Assembly: GCF_018977255.1 (NCBI RefSeq)
Contig: NW_024704743.1
Location: 113,708,001 to 113,772,000, forward strand
DNA: 64,000 bases
Source: Callorhinchus milii
Lineage: Eukaryota
Direction of reading: 5' to 3'
Both the position numbers and the translations under genes were made by a program. This document shows, piece by piece, positions 1 through 11,151 of the stretch (position 1 is its first letter; the number at the start of each line of letters is the position of its first letter). A model generated the notes under the pieces. It made no database searches. It saw only the letters and a list, made by a program, of their open reading frames with translations, and was not told the DNA's origin.

Positions 1-3000
1 GGAGATTTATGTATATGGTGAGTTATGAAAAAGAGAATGGCATTCGGCTGTTACCTGGCTTTTCTGTAAATCAGTTAGTTGTATGAATGCTCTTAAGATA
101 CTTAAGCATCAGACACCACATTTCTTTGTTGTTGAAATTAAGAGATTGATGTAAATGTACCCAGTAGAAAGACATGTGTATTCAGCCTTTTAAAGGCTTT
201 GATGTAAACTGAATTCCCTCACAATAACCACATCACTTAGAATGCTAATTAAGGAACAGGTATGGACCTGACCTATTGATGTGACAGGTAGCTTTTCTTA
301 ATTCAAACTGCAGTTAGAGGTAATGAAGAGTGAGAAAGCTTCAAAATTACTAGGTGCAAGAATGAGGCAGTATTTATTATTTCTAACCTTTCAAAAAGGG
401 AGTTCTTAGCAGGCATTAGAAATGAGTAGCATGCTCCAACAAGCCCTTTCTTTGGGAGCCCAAGCAATGGAACAATGCAGATTACTGATTAAAGTTCCAT
501 ACCTTGGCAGGCAGAATTCTCCTTTTAGATTTTGCATTACTAAACTCATCAGTAATCTTAGCACAATTCATGTTTGCAATATGTTCATGGAAAATAGCAA
601 CTGTTTGACTGCAAGTTCTTTTAACAAATACCTAGTTTAAAATAAAGAAAGCAATGGTGATGAGTTAATGTCTGGATGGCAGAGATATAATGGGATGAGC
701 TAATATACTATCCACAAAGAACCCCTAAGGAAAGAGTTCAATCTTTCCCAGAAGTAACTGATGAAAGTTATTGTGGTTAAAACATTCCTTAGAAAAGAAA
801 TTTAACAAGATAAAGTAGGAAACCCAAACTTATATATCTTTATTTTAAAAGTATACATGTAAATAGGGTATATTTGAACATTTGTCCTGATGAGATGCAT
901 CTGAATTGATAGCTAATGGAAAAAGTTTTCATCCTCTACAGTATAGGAAATTTACACAACAAAGGGAAAAGGCCATTTCTTGGGTCAGCACAAGCATTAG
1001 GGATTGGAATGTATTCCTTCTGAGAATATTTACCTTTGGTAAGGCTTGGTAATGATCCACGGAAAAGATTTCAAGTCATTTCTTGACAAGGTCTCCTAAT
1101 TCACCTGAGAGTCGTATTTCTACAATGAATGCATTTGTTTTTGTAGTGAACAGGACCGATTGACACAAACATCATTCCTCAAATGAGTCAGGTCTTCCTG
1201 AAGTAAATTTAATTCATTGATAAATAGTTTATTAAATCATGTTCCAGGAAAGAGAAATATCAATGAATGCACTGCCGCCTTCCCCAAATAAAAAGAACTT
1301 TGGTAATTCATATCACCTTTAATTGTATTAATTTGGATTATCCATACTGGATTTAAGGGTTTGAGACGTCTAGAAGATGTGAAAAGTGCTTTATTAAATG
1401 CAAGGATTATTATATACATAATGAAACACAGAAAATATTAATTAATGTTCAAAAAGTTAATGCTAAAGGACTTATATCATATCTCTGCTTTTTCAGCTGT
1501 CTTGTCAAATGCAGTTTAATATTTTAATCTCTTTTAAAAATAGAAACCCTATGACACTTTCAATGAAAACATGGTAGCAGGCTTTTAATAGCTCTAACCA
1601 ATTATTTATCTGTCACAGTTTACAACCTTGAACCTTTGGCTTGTTTAGAGTTGGCATTTCAAACAATTAATTGTTTAGCCAGAGCAGCGGTTATGCAGTC
1701 TTCTCAGATTTCCTGTTTGTATTGTTCGCAGCACACTATGCCATTCTGGAGGATCTCAAGCCACTCTGACCTTATGTCTCTACATCATGCCCTGGAATTG
1801 GAGTACTTGTAGCAGTATATCGGCACTTTGAAACACAAGTTCTCCACCCTCACTATCAATGGACTACAGTACTGTGTCTTGATCAGCTTCTAACTCCAAA
1901 CTGTGTGATGTGTCCCAAGTGTTGACATACAGCTGCAATTTGTCTTAACCCTTAACCTTCCTTTAAATGGAGGAGAATGAATCTCTGTCAAAGCAGCTGG
2001 TGACTCCCAAGGACTGTGGATTAGATGCGTACAGTGAGAAGCCATCATAATGTTGAACAATGTTTAACTGTTGTTATGTTGCTACAAGAGTTCATCCCCG
2101 TGAAGAGAATAAACGGAAGATGCTTAACCTTTACCCTGCTGAATCAACCAGAACTCTGTACGGCTTTCAGAACAGATACCAGTGCTTCAACGGTTAATAA
2201 CTGTAAGATTAAGACTTCGGTAAGGAAACAAACTATATTTGCCAGACGAAATGTAAATCTTACACTAAAAATTGAGTTGGACAACTGCTAGTGGGTTTTT
2301 TTTGCTTGTGGAGAAAGTTTGCTTCCCTGATTACAGATAGCCAGGGGTACATCTGTCCTTATTTATGAACTGACTGTTAAGTGTTAACATCATTTATGAA
2401 GGTACTTAATCAGATGTTTATCATTTGACACAGCAAGCACATTTGATTTTGTCATGTCACAAAGTAGTTTACAGAAAAATGGTTTGTCTTATCATTTAAG
2501 ATGGCTATTTACTTTGCTAAGACAATCATGTATATAAAAATGTCATTTTGTGTAAATTTGTAATCATCAGACAATTATTTTACATTTTGTTAAGGTAAAT
2601 GCAATGGAAAGGTAGCAATGCCTAATTTGTGAAGTATAAGTTTAGCAAGGCATTGTGTGCACATGTGCTGTGCCTTATCAAAGTGTTGGTGTGTTAAAGT
2701 GCAACTTTCTGTTGGGTAAATATGTAGATAATGGAATTTTTGTGATAAGAATTTTGTCAAGACCAAAAGCATGGATGTCAAGTGTCAAAAAGATTTATCT
2801 CTCTTTTTTAGCCTTTCACATTTTCCTAAATTAATTTTCATCCATCTTGCATCATCCATACATTAACAGCTCTGCTTAAAGAAAGTAGAGAATAATTCCT
2901 GAATCTCTTCATACACAAAGAATGTAGAAGATATAGTATATTTTTTATTATTATGAAAGCTTTTCTTTTATTACCAACTAGAATGAGCATTATTTTACTG

Positions 3001-4804
3001 AAAGCTAAAGCCCTTGTAGCATCTACATTCTATTGTATGAAAATACTCTAGGAAATTAACGTGTAGATTTTTTAAAGCAAGAAATGTTAGAACATTATAG
3101 ACTTTTTCTTGTGTAATTGGGTCTGATCTATTTTGGTAGTGTCCATTTTTCATGAAAAATATTATTAACATTCTATGCTGTTGACTGAGATTTTTTTTTG
3201 AGGTCTTGGACCTTTTAAAGCTTTGGCACTTCGGACTACAGAAGACAAAAAGCTTTGGCCTGTTTACTGTGAATGCAATTCTAACTATAATTCCCTTCCA
3301 CTTTTCTTTTCCTCCATACATGGAGTTTATTCTGTTCTATGTGTTCTATGTAGCTCATTTGTTGATAGGCAGAGAAAAGCTGTTTTTCATTTGGTAAGTT
3401 TTATAAAATTTATCCCTGTTAGCTTAAACTAACTGTATTGCAAATTTGCATAAGTTATCAAATAAACATAAATCTTAGCTTACATTGACAAATGCCTGAC
3501 ATAGAACTCCCCTGTGATCACTATAGAGAGACTTCAGTTCTGTTGGTTTACAGCTCATGTACATACATAAAAAGCTTGTTATTTGATAAATGCCGTACAG
3601 CTATTTGTTACAACAATTCATTCAATCAAGAAATCATTCAACAATACAAAGGAGTCTACCTTTTCATGAGGGGAAATTAACATTACAAGTACCTCTGCTA
3701 GAACAAGACTACAGTGGACTATTTAAATACTTACTAACTGAAAGATTAAATCAATAATAAGACAGTGGTTTATGATTTTGCTTTTTGCAATCAGAATGAC
3801 TGGAAACCAACAGATCACCGGGCCATGTAAAAAAAAAGGTGTGTTGTGTCTGCAAAAAACCTGTACCGACTTTTCTCATGACTTTTGTGTTTAAATTAAT
3901 AAAATCAATTTGTGAAATGTACAGTGCTTATCCTTTACAGGTACTTTCTTAAAAGGAAAACACAGGTTTTATCTGATGACATTATTCAATTGTCTTTTGT
4001 CTTTGTTTTATTTCTACATCATAATAATAATCTTGCATTTTATACAGCAACTTATCGCGTTTTTGACACGTCTCAAAGCGCTTCACAGAATAGACTGCAA
4101 AGTGAATTGACTATATTTTGTGGCAAAAAATATACATAATGCACTTCTTCACAATAGATTCTGACAATGGTATCCGATATGTTGCAAATTCTAAAGATAG
4201 ACAGTGTAGATTATTGTTCTGTGCTTATGATACTACATTTTAAGGTACTGTTAAACCTGTAATATTGTCCTCTTTCAGTGTCTCTATGGCCAGTCCACCT
4301 TGTTCACTTTAGTCTAATTTCACAAACAATATATGAATGGTTTAAGGTTTACTGGCTCAAAATATATTCTATAATGGACATGTATCTGTAATATCCCACA
4401 AAAATCTATGATTATCCACATAATATATTCAGAGTGCTTTGTTTACCCTGTATTTCCTGAAAACTACATCCTTGTAACATAAGCTATACAAACAAATTAT
4501 TTCCTGTAATTCTGCACCTCCAATATCAGAAGCCCATCGTGCAAATGTACTTGTGTCGCCAAACACCCTTTGTTTATTCCCAATGACCTCCTGGGCAGTC
4601 CCCTTCACTGTGCAGAACACCAACAATAAAAAATACAGACAATTAGGTGCAGCCTTGCTTCGTTCATATATTGATCACCAAAACAGTTTGAAGCAGTAAT
4701 TCATCCAGGCTATTGTTATTCTCAATGAAACACTGGCACAGCAAACATACTTAATTTACTCATTTTATAATTGCCAGAATCTGTCCTGTGCTTAAAAACA
4801 TTGG

Positions 4805-5155
4805 CATAATATGATCTTAAAAATTCTGAAAGGGTTTGAGAAGATAAATAGTGAAAGGTTTTCCAGCAGTGTGGTAAATCTATAATATAGCTTTAAAAGG
4901 GGATCAAAAGATTGCCACTTGAAGAGTCAAGGAGGAAAGCTAGAAGAAACATTTTCATGCAGAAAGGCATGAAATGCTTTGTCATAAGTGGCTATTGAGG
5001 CTGATGCAATAACAGCATTTGAAAGTGAATTAGGTAAACATTTGAAGATGAAGAATACAAAAGCATTCAGCAAATGAGCAGGGAATTGAGATTTGAGTTG
5101 TTGGCTTCACTGGAAGAGCTACCACCAGCTTCTTTGCTGCAATTTTTATGATTAT
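4805..5155 (+). mobile_element. Decayed CR1 LINE 3' end
   Basis: Contains ...aaaattctgaaagggtttgagaagataaat... (KILKGFEKIN-like ORF2 C-terminus) and ...gaggctgatgcaataacagcatttgaaagtgaattagg..., and ends ...tttatgatt, paralleling the better copy at 54570-54784. Confidence 0.6.
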
Positions 5156-6177
5156 ATCAAGGAATAGATGTTTAATGATGGTGTGGGAAATCTGAAATAA
5201 GCGTACAGTTATTTAATTAGTGAATATGATTCATGTGCTATAGCTCTTTAACGTGATGAGTGAAATGGTTTGAAACGTACAATTAAAAAAGGCAGTGTGG
5301 TAAATAACTGGCAGCTAGTTACTTTCCTGTAGTAGTATTTTTAAGGCTGAGATAAGGCTAAAGGTTTTAAGGCTAAACAAATGCATTGCTTCTTCAGCAA
5401 TTTCTACAGCACAGTGTCTGTCCCCATGCTGGTGCTTGCTGTTGAAGTATGGAAAAGGAATATACGTGCTCAGTCTGGTATTCTGTGTGGCAAACATTTT
5501 ACGAGATTCTGTTTTTTTGTATGAAGTCAGCAAATAGTGCAGAATATTTACAAATGCACAAATATATATTCATCTGGGTTTTGCTTTTTCTGCCCTGAAA
5601 CTAAAACGTTGGGTTAGTGCATGCAGTAGGATACAATACATTGTGCATTTATAGAACGTCTTTCATGTCAGGAAGATATCTAAAAACACTTTACATACCT
5701 GGCTGTGTTATCCAAGCTGGGGTGGGGTGGGGGAGAAGCTGAAGAAGGGAGAAGAATTATTGTGTATGGAATGGTTCTCTTGCAGTGTCATGTAGTTCAT
5801 TAAATATATGAAAATATGGTTGCGACCTATATTTTATATTTTTTTTCCCTAGTTTAAAACCTTTCAAAATGTTTTCGAATATGGTGTGAGTTATTTCAAA
5901 GCTGGGGCTCACAACCGGTTCACTTTGTACCATTAGTTGTGTGCCAATGTTACCTCTGAATGTAGGTACATTTGTGGCTATTGTGTCCTGCTGATGAGCT
6001 CATGCAAAATGCTGCCTACTGTACTTATACCACACATCTGGTCTCCACTGCTGATGAATATCTATTCTGCCCAGTTCATCATTGGGACTTGGAAGGCTAA
6101 ATACGTCACTGGAAGAATGGATTCTTCCGACTCATCTCCTGATAATCCTGTAAACCAGTACTTGTGCTCCTAACTGG

Positions 6178-6201
6178 ATAATAATAATAATAATAATAAT
6201 A
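6178..6201. repeat. (ATA)n microsatellite
   Basis: Direct ataataataataataataat run. Confidence 0.85.
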
Positions 6202-6819
6202 CGCCAGAATCAGGATGCTATGAGTTGCCTAATACTGGCACAACATTTTAAAATATAATGAAACAGTGTAGTTAGTTGCTTAAATTCCAGCAGTATCCCA
6301 AAACACAGTTTAAGATTGATAATGTGATTGCCTACAAAATACACGATCACTACACATTACAGTAAACTCTGTAAAGTCCTCCTGATATGAAAGGCACAAT
6401 ATCAAATGCACCAAGGATTATTAAAATGCCTTGACTTCTGCCAGAATTGGCAATCAGAAGCTCTGCTTCTGTGAGTTCTCATAAGCTTTTGTGTTGAGAC
6501 TGAACTTAAAAATAATTTATGCACTCCGGTGTTCTCCAAGGCATATCATGTGTATACAATGTTGTGCCTTCAACAAAAAGTTATTTCCTTCAGATAAACC
6601 CACAGAATAAAATTTTTTAAAATTTATATAGGAAGACTAGGATCATAATTCTTCAAACAAAATCAACATAAATGTTGCAATGTAATCTTCTAGACATATG
6701 TAACAAGTTGTGGGCAGCATGGTCTAGATAGAATTGAGTCAAGCACAATTCCCATGTTTCTTCCATATGTGGAGCTTGGAACTTCTATGAAATGCTGAAA
6801 TTGCATTGCTGATTCATAT

Positions 6820-6922
6820 TTCGCCCACAAAATACACAGTCAATCTGCTTTACAATATATTCTGTGAAGCGATTTGCAATGTCTCAATGATCAGGCACTG
6901 TATCAAATGCAAGGATTATTAT
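6820..6922 (+). mobile_element. 5'-truncated SINE 3' tail
   Basis: ttcgcccacaaaatacacagtcaa...tctgtgaagcg...tatcaaatgcaaggattattat, shared with the full-length SINE copies. Confidence 0.8.
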
Positions 6923-6986
6923 CGTTACAATCTCTGTTTAATGACAGGCTCTTTGCTCTATTTGTAATAAAATAAATAATAATAAT

Positions 6987-7417
6987 AAGTTGGTCACGTC
7001 AATGCACGACTATTCGTGGAGTCCTGCAGCTCAGTGGTTAGAGCACTCGCTTTGCAAGCGAGAGACCTGAGTTCAATTCCAGGCAGGGCCAAACCTTGGG
7101 CAAGTTTCCTTACTCCACACAGAGCCTAATAATAATCCCTCCAAAACCAAAAACAATAATAAATTGGTCATTTTCAATCTACGACTGTTTGTGGGACATT
7201 GCTGTGTGCAATTGGCTGCTGCGATCGCCCACAAATATACAGTCAATTCACTTTACAGTATATTCTGTGAAGCGCTTTGGGACGTCTAGAAGAGGTGAAA
7301 AGCGCTATATCAAATGCAAGGATTATTATTATTATTTGTGGGACACTGTTGTGTGCAATTGGCTGCCACGTTTCACCCACAAAATATACAGTAATTTCAC
7401 TTTGCAGTATATTCTGT
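6987..7417 (+). mobile_element. Older SINE 3' module split by a younger SINE insertion
   Basis: ttggtcacgtcaatgcacgactatt (6987-7014) resumes as tgtgggacactgttgtgtgcaattggctgcc...tattctgt (7336-7417). Confidence 0.75.
7016..7335 (+). mobile_element. Full-length short-form tRNA-derived SINE (resembles SINE2-1_CM-type)
   Basis: Pol III A box (gctcagtgg), B box (gttcaattcc), anticodon arm ctcgc-tttgcaa-gcgag, L2-like 3' stem-loop, (ATT)n tail. Confidence 0.92.
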
Positions 7418-7730
7418 AGAGTCCTGTAGCTCAGTGGTTAGAGCACTCGCTTTGCAAGCAAGACACCTGGGTTCAATTCCAGGCAGGACGAAACCTTGGG
7501 CAAGTTTCCTTACTCCACACACCTAATAATAATCCCTCCAAAACAAAAAGCAATATTAAATTGGTCATTTTCAATCTACGACTGTTTGTGGACATTGCTG
7601 TGCGCAATTGGCTGCCGCGTTTCGCCCACAAATATACAGTCAATTCACTTTACAGTTTATTCTGTGAAGCACTTTGAGATGTCGAGAAGACGTGATGTGC
7701 TATAGAAAATGCGAGGATTATTATTATTAT
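7416..7730 (+). mobile_element. Full-length short-form tRNA-derived SINE
   Basis: Same head, body and (ATT)n tail as 7016-7335. Confidence 0.92.
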
Positions 7731-7802
7731 CCAAGTTGGAAAAACAAATTGAATGTTGCAGAAAATGGCTGAAACAAGAAAGCCCTGTTTTGTTATAAAC
7801 TG

Positions 7803-8034
7803 CTCTGGAACTCCATCCCGCAGTCCCTCTGCATCGCCCCCTCTCTTGCCTCCTTTAAGACCCAACTCAAGGCCCTCTTCTTCCACACCGTGCCTTTGAT
7901 CACCTTCCCTCCCCTCCCTGACCTCCATCCCTGATCCCGACCCCCAGCTCGGGTCCAAAACACTGACTGTCCAGCACCTTAGGACATCCTCCCGACGTGA
8001 AAGGCACTCTACAAATGTAATTTTATTGTTGTTG
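7803..8034 (+). mobile_element. L2 LINE 3' end
   Basis: ctctggaactccatccc (LWNSIP), C-rich 3'UTR, stem-loop ggacatcctcccgacgtgaaaggc, (TTG)n tail. Confidence 0.88.
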
Positions 8035-8619
8035 CTCGAATCAGTGTACTTTTTATCTGAATTGAAATGCTGAACATAGTTCAGATTAATGTTCGGTTGC
8101 AACTACACCTATGTAATTAGACCAATTTTAAGAAGGCCCTGGTCCACAAATAAAATATGTTCATCCTCCAAAGAGAGAAACGGAGTTCAGATAATTATAT
8201 GACATTCAAAATGTGGACAGTGCTTTCATTTTATTTCACTTTTCCTGTGTGCATTTTATTGCCTCACAAAAGCAATTACAAATATTCCATTCAAATTAAG
8301 ATCCATTGCATTTACTGTTTTATCATTATTTCAGAACTTTGTATTGGTTTCACTTGATTACTGTGTACCGAATTATAGCTCCTTCACCACCTGCATTTGC
8401 CTGTGAAGTACACAGTCAGTTAACTTTACAGTAAATCCTAGGAAGATGTTTGGGAAGCCCTTCCAAAAATGAAAGGCTCTATGTCAAATAATAGGATTAT
8501 TATTATTTTGGGGACATTTAATTGTTTTCGTGAATTTCTTGTCAAAAAAAAACTCTGTGGTCCCTCAAAGCACAAGGGTATTTTTTAATCTATAGAGATA
8601 AAGAAAAGCTTCCGCTGTC

Positions 8620-8720
8620 CTTGTTGGAAATCTGAATCTGGAAAGCAGAAAATGCTGTAAATACAGAGCAGACAAGTCAACATCTGAAAAAGCTAAAATA
8701 ATGTTTTGGACAATGATCCA
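8620..8720 (-). mobile_element. Decayed Penelope-like terminal sequence
   Basis: agcagaaaatgctgtaaatacagagcagacaagtcaacatctg resembles the end of the Penelope copy at 55930-56030. Confidence 0.5.
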
Positions 8721-9044
8721 AATTTACCAGCCACTGGACTTGATACCAGATTGTTTAATTAATCAAACACATTCACAAATCACTAAGAAATACATGATTT
8801 TAATTTTATTTTAAAAAATCTCATTGCCTTAGACGAGGTGATATTTATAGTGTTGAATATACTGAACTATAAACATTGTGCAGCAGTCCACATTTATCTT
8901 GCACACATCATTATTTGGGAAATGAGTAAGCTTTTCAACATCTGCATGTTTATGAGACAATTTGAAAGACAATAAGACTGGTCTGGACACAGCTCACTGT
9001 AAGGATGGGGTGGTTTGAAATGAATGTTACTACAGAGAGTTACT

Positions 9045-9155
9045 CCACCACCTCCTGATTATAACCACCAGCTCGGGTGTGGATCACTGACTGCCCAACA
9101 TCTTCAGACGTCCTCCTGACATGAAAGCCGCTTTACAAATGTAATTTCTTGTTGA
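9045..9155 (+). mobile_element. L2 3' tail fragment
   Basis: cagctcggg...ctgactgcccaac...gacgtcctcctgacatgaaagccgctttacaaatgtaatttcttgttg. Confidence 0.75.
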
Positions 9156-9820
9156 CGGGTAGGATACATTGTAGTCACAAATAGACCAAAAAATTGTCAC
9201 TTGCTAGGCAAGGTAAGGGATGACATTTCTGCGAGCGATTTTGAAGGTAAAAGCCTGAACATTAATCTGCTCAACCTCAGCAACATTTGACTGTTAAACC
9301 TGATAGGGTTTGTGTTAAAGGATGTGTTTCGGTTTGTCTGGAGGGTTAAAAATGTTCTGGCATTTCTTTTTCTCCCAAAAGCAATTCCAGGATTTATATT
9401 AGTTTGAGGTAAGATTTCTTACCTAAAACTAATATAAATTATTTTACTGAATTATTTAACTGAAATGTGAATTATATTTTGACGTGGGGATCTCTGACTA
9501 TGAAAACCGTTGTGTTTTCATCAGTGTAAATGAATACAGTACAAGAGTTGATTAGATGACTTATGACAGAATAGCACAAATATTTATGATCTCTGAAATC
9601 TTTAACTCCGTAGCTGAACAATTTGAAGTAGTGCTTTTTTTTGAACTCGCTTTGCAATAAAGCTCATTCAAAACTGTCCACAGCTTAGGATTCATACCCT
9701 TCCTTCCCATCTACTCACTTTTGAGACTCAGCAGAACTTGTTTCATGAATATTTTGAAAATTGTTTTGAAAACATGCTTTAACCTCAGTAGAATTATTTT
9801 CACTGAATTCTAGTATAAAC

Positions 9821-10160
9821 TAGAGTCCTATGTGGAGTCCTGTAGCTCAGTGGTTAGAGCATTCGCTTTGCAAGTGAGAGACCTGAGTTCAATTCCAGGC
9901 AGGGCGAAACCTTGGGCAAGTTTCCTTACTCCACACGCCTAATAATAATCCCTCCAAAAAACCAAAAACAATAATAAAATTAGTCATTTTCAATCTACGA
10001 CTGTTTGTGGGACATTGCTGTGTGCAATTGGCTGCCGCGTTCGCCCACAAATATACAGTCAATTCACTTTACAGTGTGTTCTGTGAAGCGCTTTGGGACG
10101 TCCTTCCGACGTGAAAAGCGCTATATCAAATGCAGGGATTATTATTATTATTATTATTAT
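9821..10160 (+). mobile_element. Full-length short-form tRNA SINE with TATAAAC target-site duplication
   Basis: Intact A/B boxes and long (ATT)n tail. tataaac occurs at 9814-9820 and 10158-10164. Confidence 0.93.
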
Positions 10161-10480
10161 AAACCTTCACACACCTCATTGGAGTCGTCAATGTAATCTA
10201 AGTAGGATCACATAGTTGTGAATGAATGCAGTCTGTAAGGTGGTTACACGTTGTTCAATTCAAGTCAGGCTTTTTTATTTAAAATATGCATGTCGTCTCT
10301 GTAAAATAAATGATAAGGAAGACAGCAACAATTTTTTTTAAAATGCCTTTTATCGAGGATCTTGCTCAAGTCATCTTTGCATATACCCAGTTTCGTTTAG
10401 AAACAGACTCAACTTGCAAAACGATGACAATTCTTAACAGGTCAACAGCATAGCTCTGTAAAGGCACAGAAAGCATTTTT

Positions 10481-10788
10481 GTAGAGTCCTGTAGCTCCTG
10501 TCAGAGCGAAATGTTGGGCAAGTTTCCTTATTCCAAACGCCTCTGTTTACCTGGCAGTAAGTTGTTAGTCAATTGCCGGATCACTTTTCCAGGGGTAATA
10601 ATTCCTTAAAAAAAAATTTGGTCACTCAATCCACGACTGTTTGTGTGACACTGCTGTGTGCAATTGGCTACTGTGGTTCGCCAACAAAATATACAGTCAA
10701 TACACTTTACAGTATATTCTGTGAAGCCCTTTGAGACGCCTCGCAGACATGATAAGGAACTATATCAAATACAAGGATTATTATTATT
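10481..10788 (+). mobile_element. Long-form SINE with internal deletion in the tRNA head
   Basis: gtagagtcctgtagctc jumps to ...gcgaaatgttgggcaagtttcc. Carries the ctctgtttacctggcagtaag segment absent from short-form copies. Confidence 0.85.
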
Positions 10789-11039
10789 TGTAGCGTATTC
10801 TGTTGAATCGCATAGTGAATTTTAAATGGAAGCAAAATGTAACCCTTTGCAATTGACATAATTTCAATTAAAAATTAACCTAAGATTCCATTGCTACACA
10901 CTTGCAAATTCGTTTGGTAATTTTTTTTTACACACACTAACAGGAGATGCTGAAAGTGTTAGTAAACCTGACGAGCACTCAGTGAATGATCTCCGCGAAT
11001 AGCTTTGGGTTGTTATTTTTGCAGGATTAGCTTTCATAA

Positions 11040-11151
11040 ATAATAATAATCCTTGCATTTGATATAGCGCCTTATCACGTCTTTGAGACATTTCAGAGCG
11101 CTTCACAGAATATACTGTAAAGTGAATTAACGGTATATTTTATGGGTGAAA
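11040..11151 (-). mobile_element. SINE 3' tail, reverse strand
   Basis: aataataatccttgcatttgatatagcgcc...cacagaatatactgtaaagtgaatt. Confidence 0.85.

Noticed and set aside
170-540. Possible LINE RT remnant (KAFD-like and YLG-like words)
   Set aside because: Too degenerate. Motif spacing and frames are not convincing.
7016-7090. tRNA-Ala(TGC) genes at the SINE heads
   Set aside because: The acceptor stem is not properly formed and each head runs on into a SINE body and tail.
7096-7419. Repeated 'MGKFPYST...' ORFs (also 7496, 20922, 62091) as a small protein family
   Set aside because: They are translations of SINE bodies from TTG starts, with frames that differ between copies.
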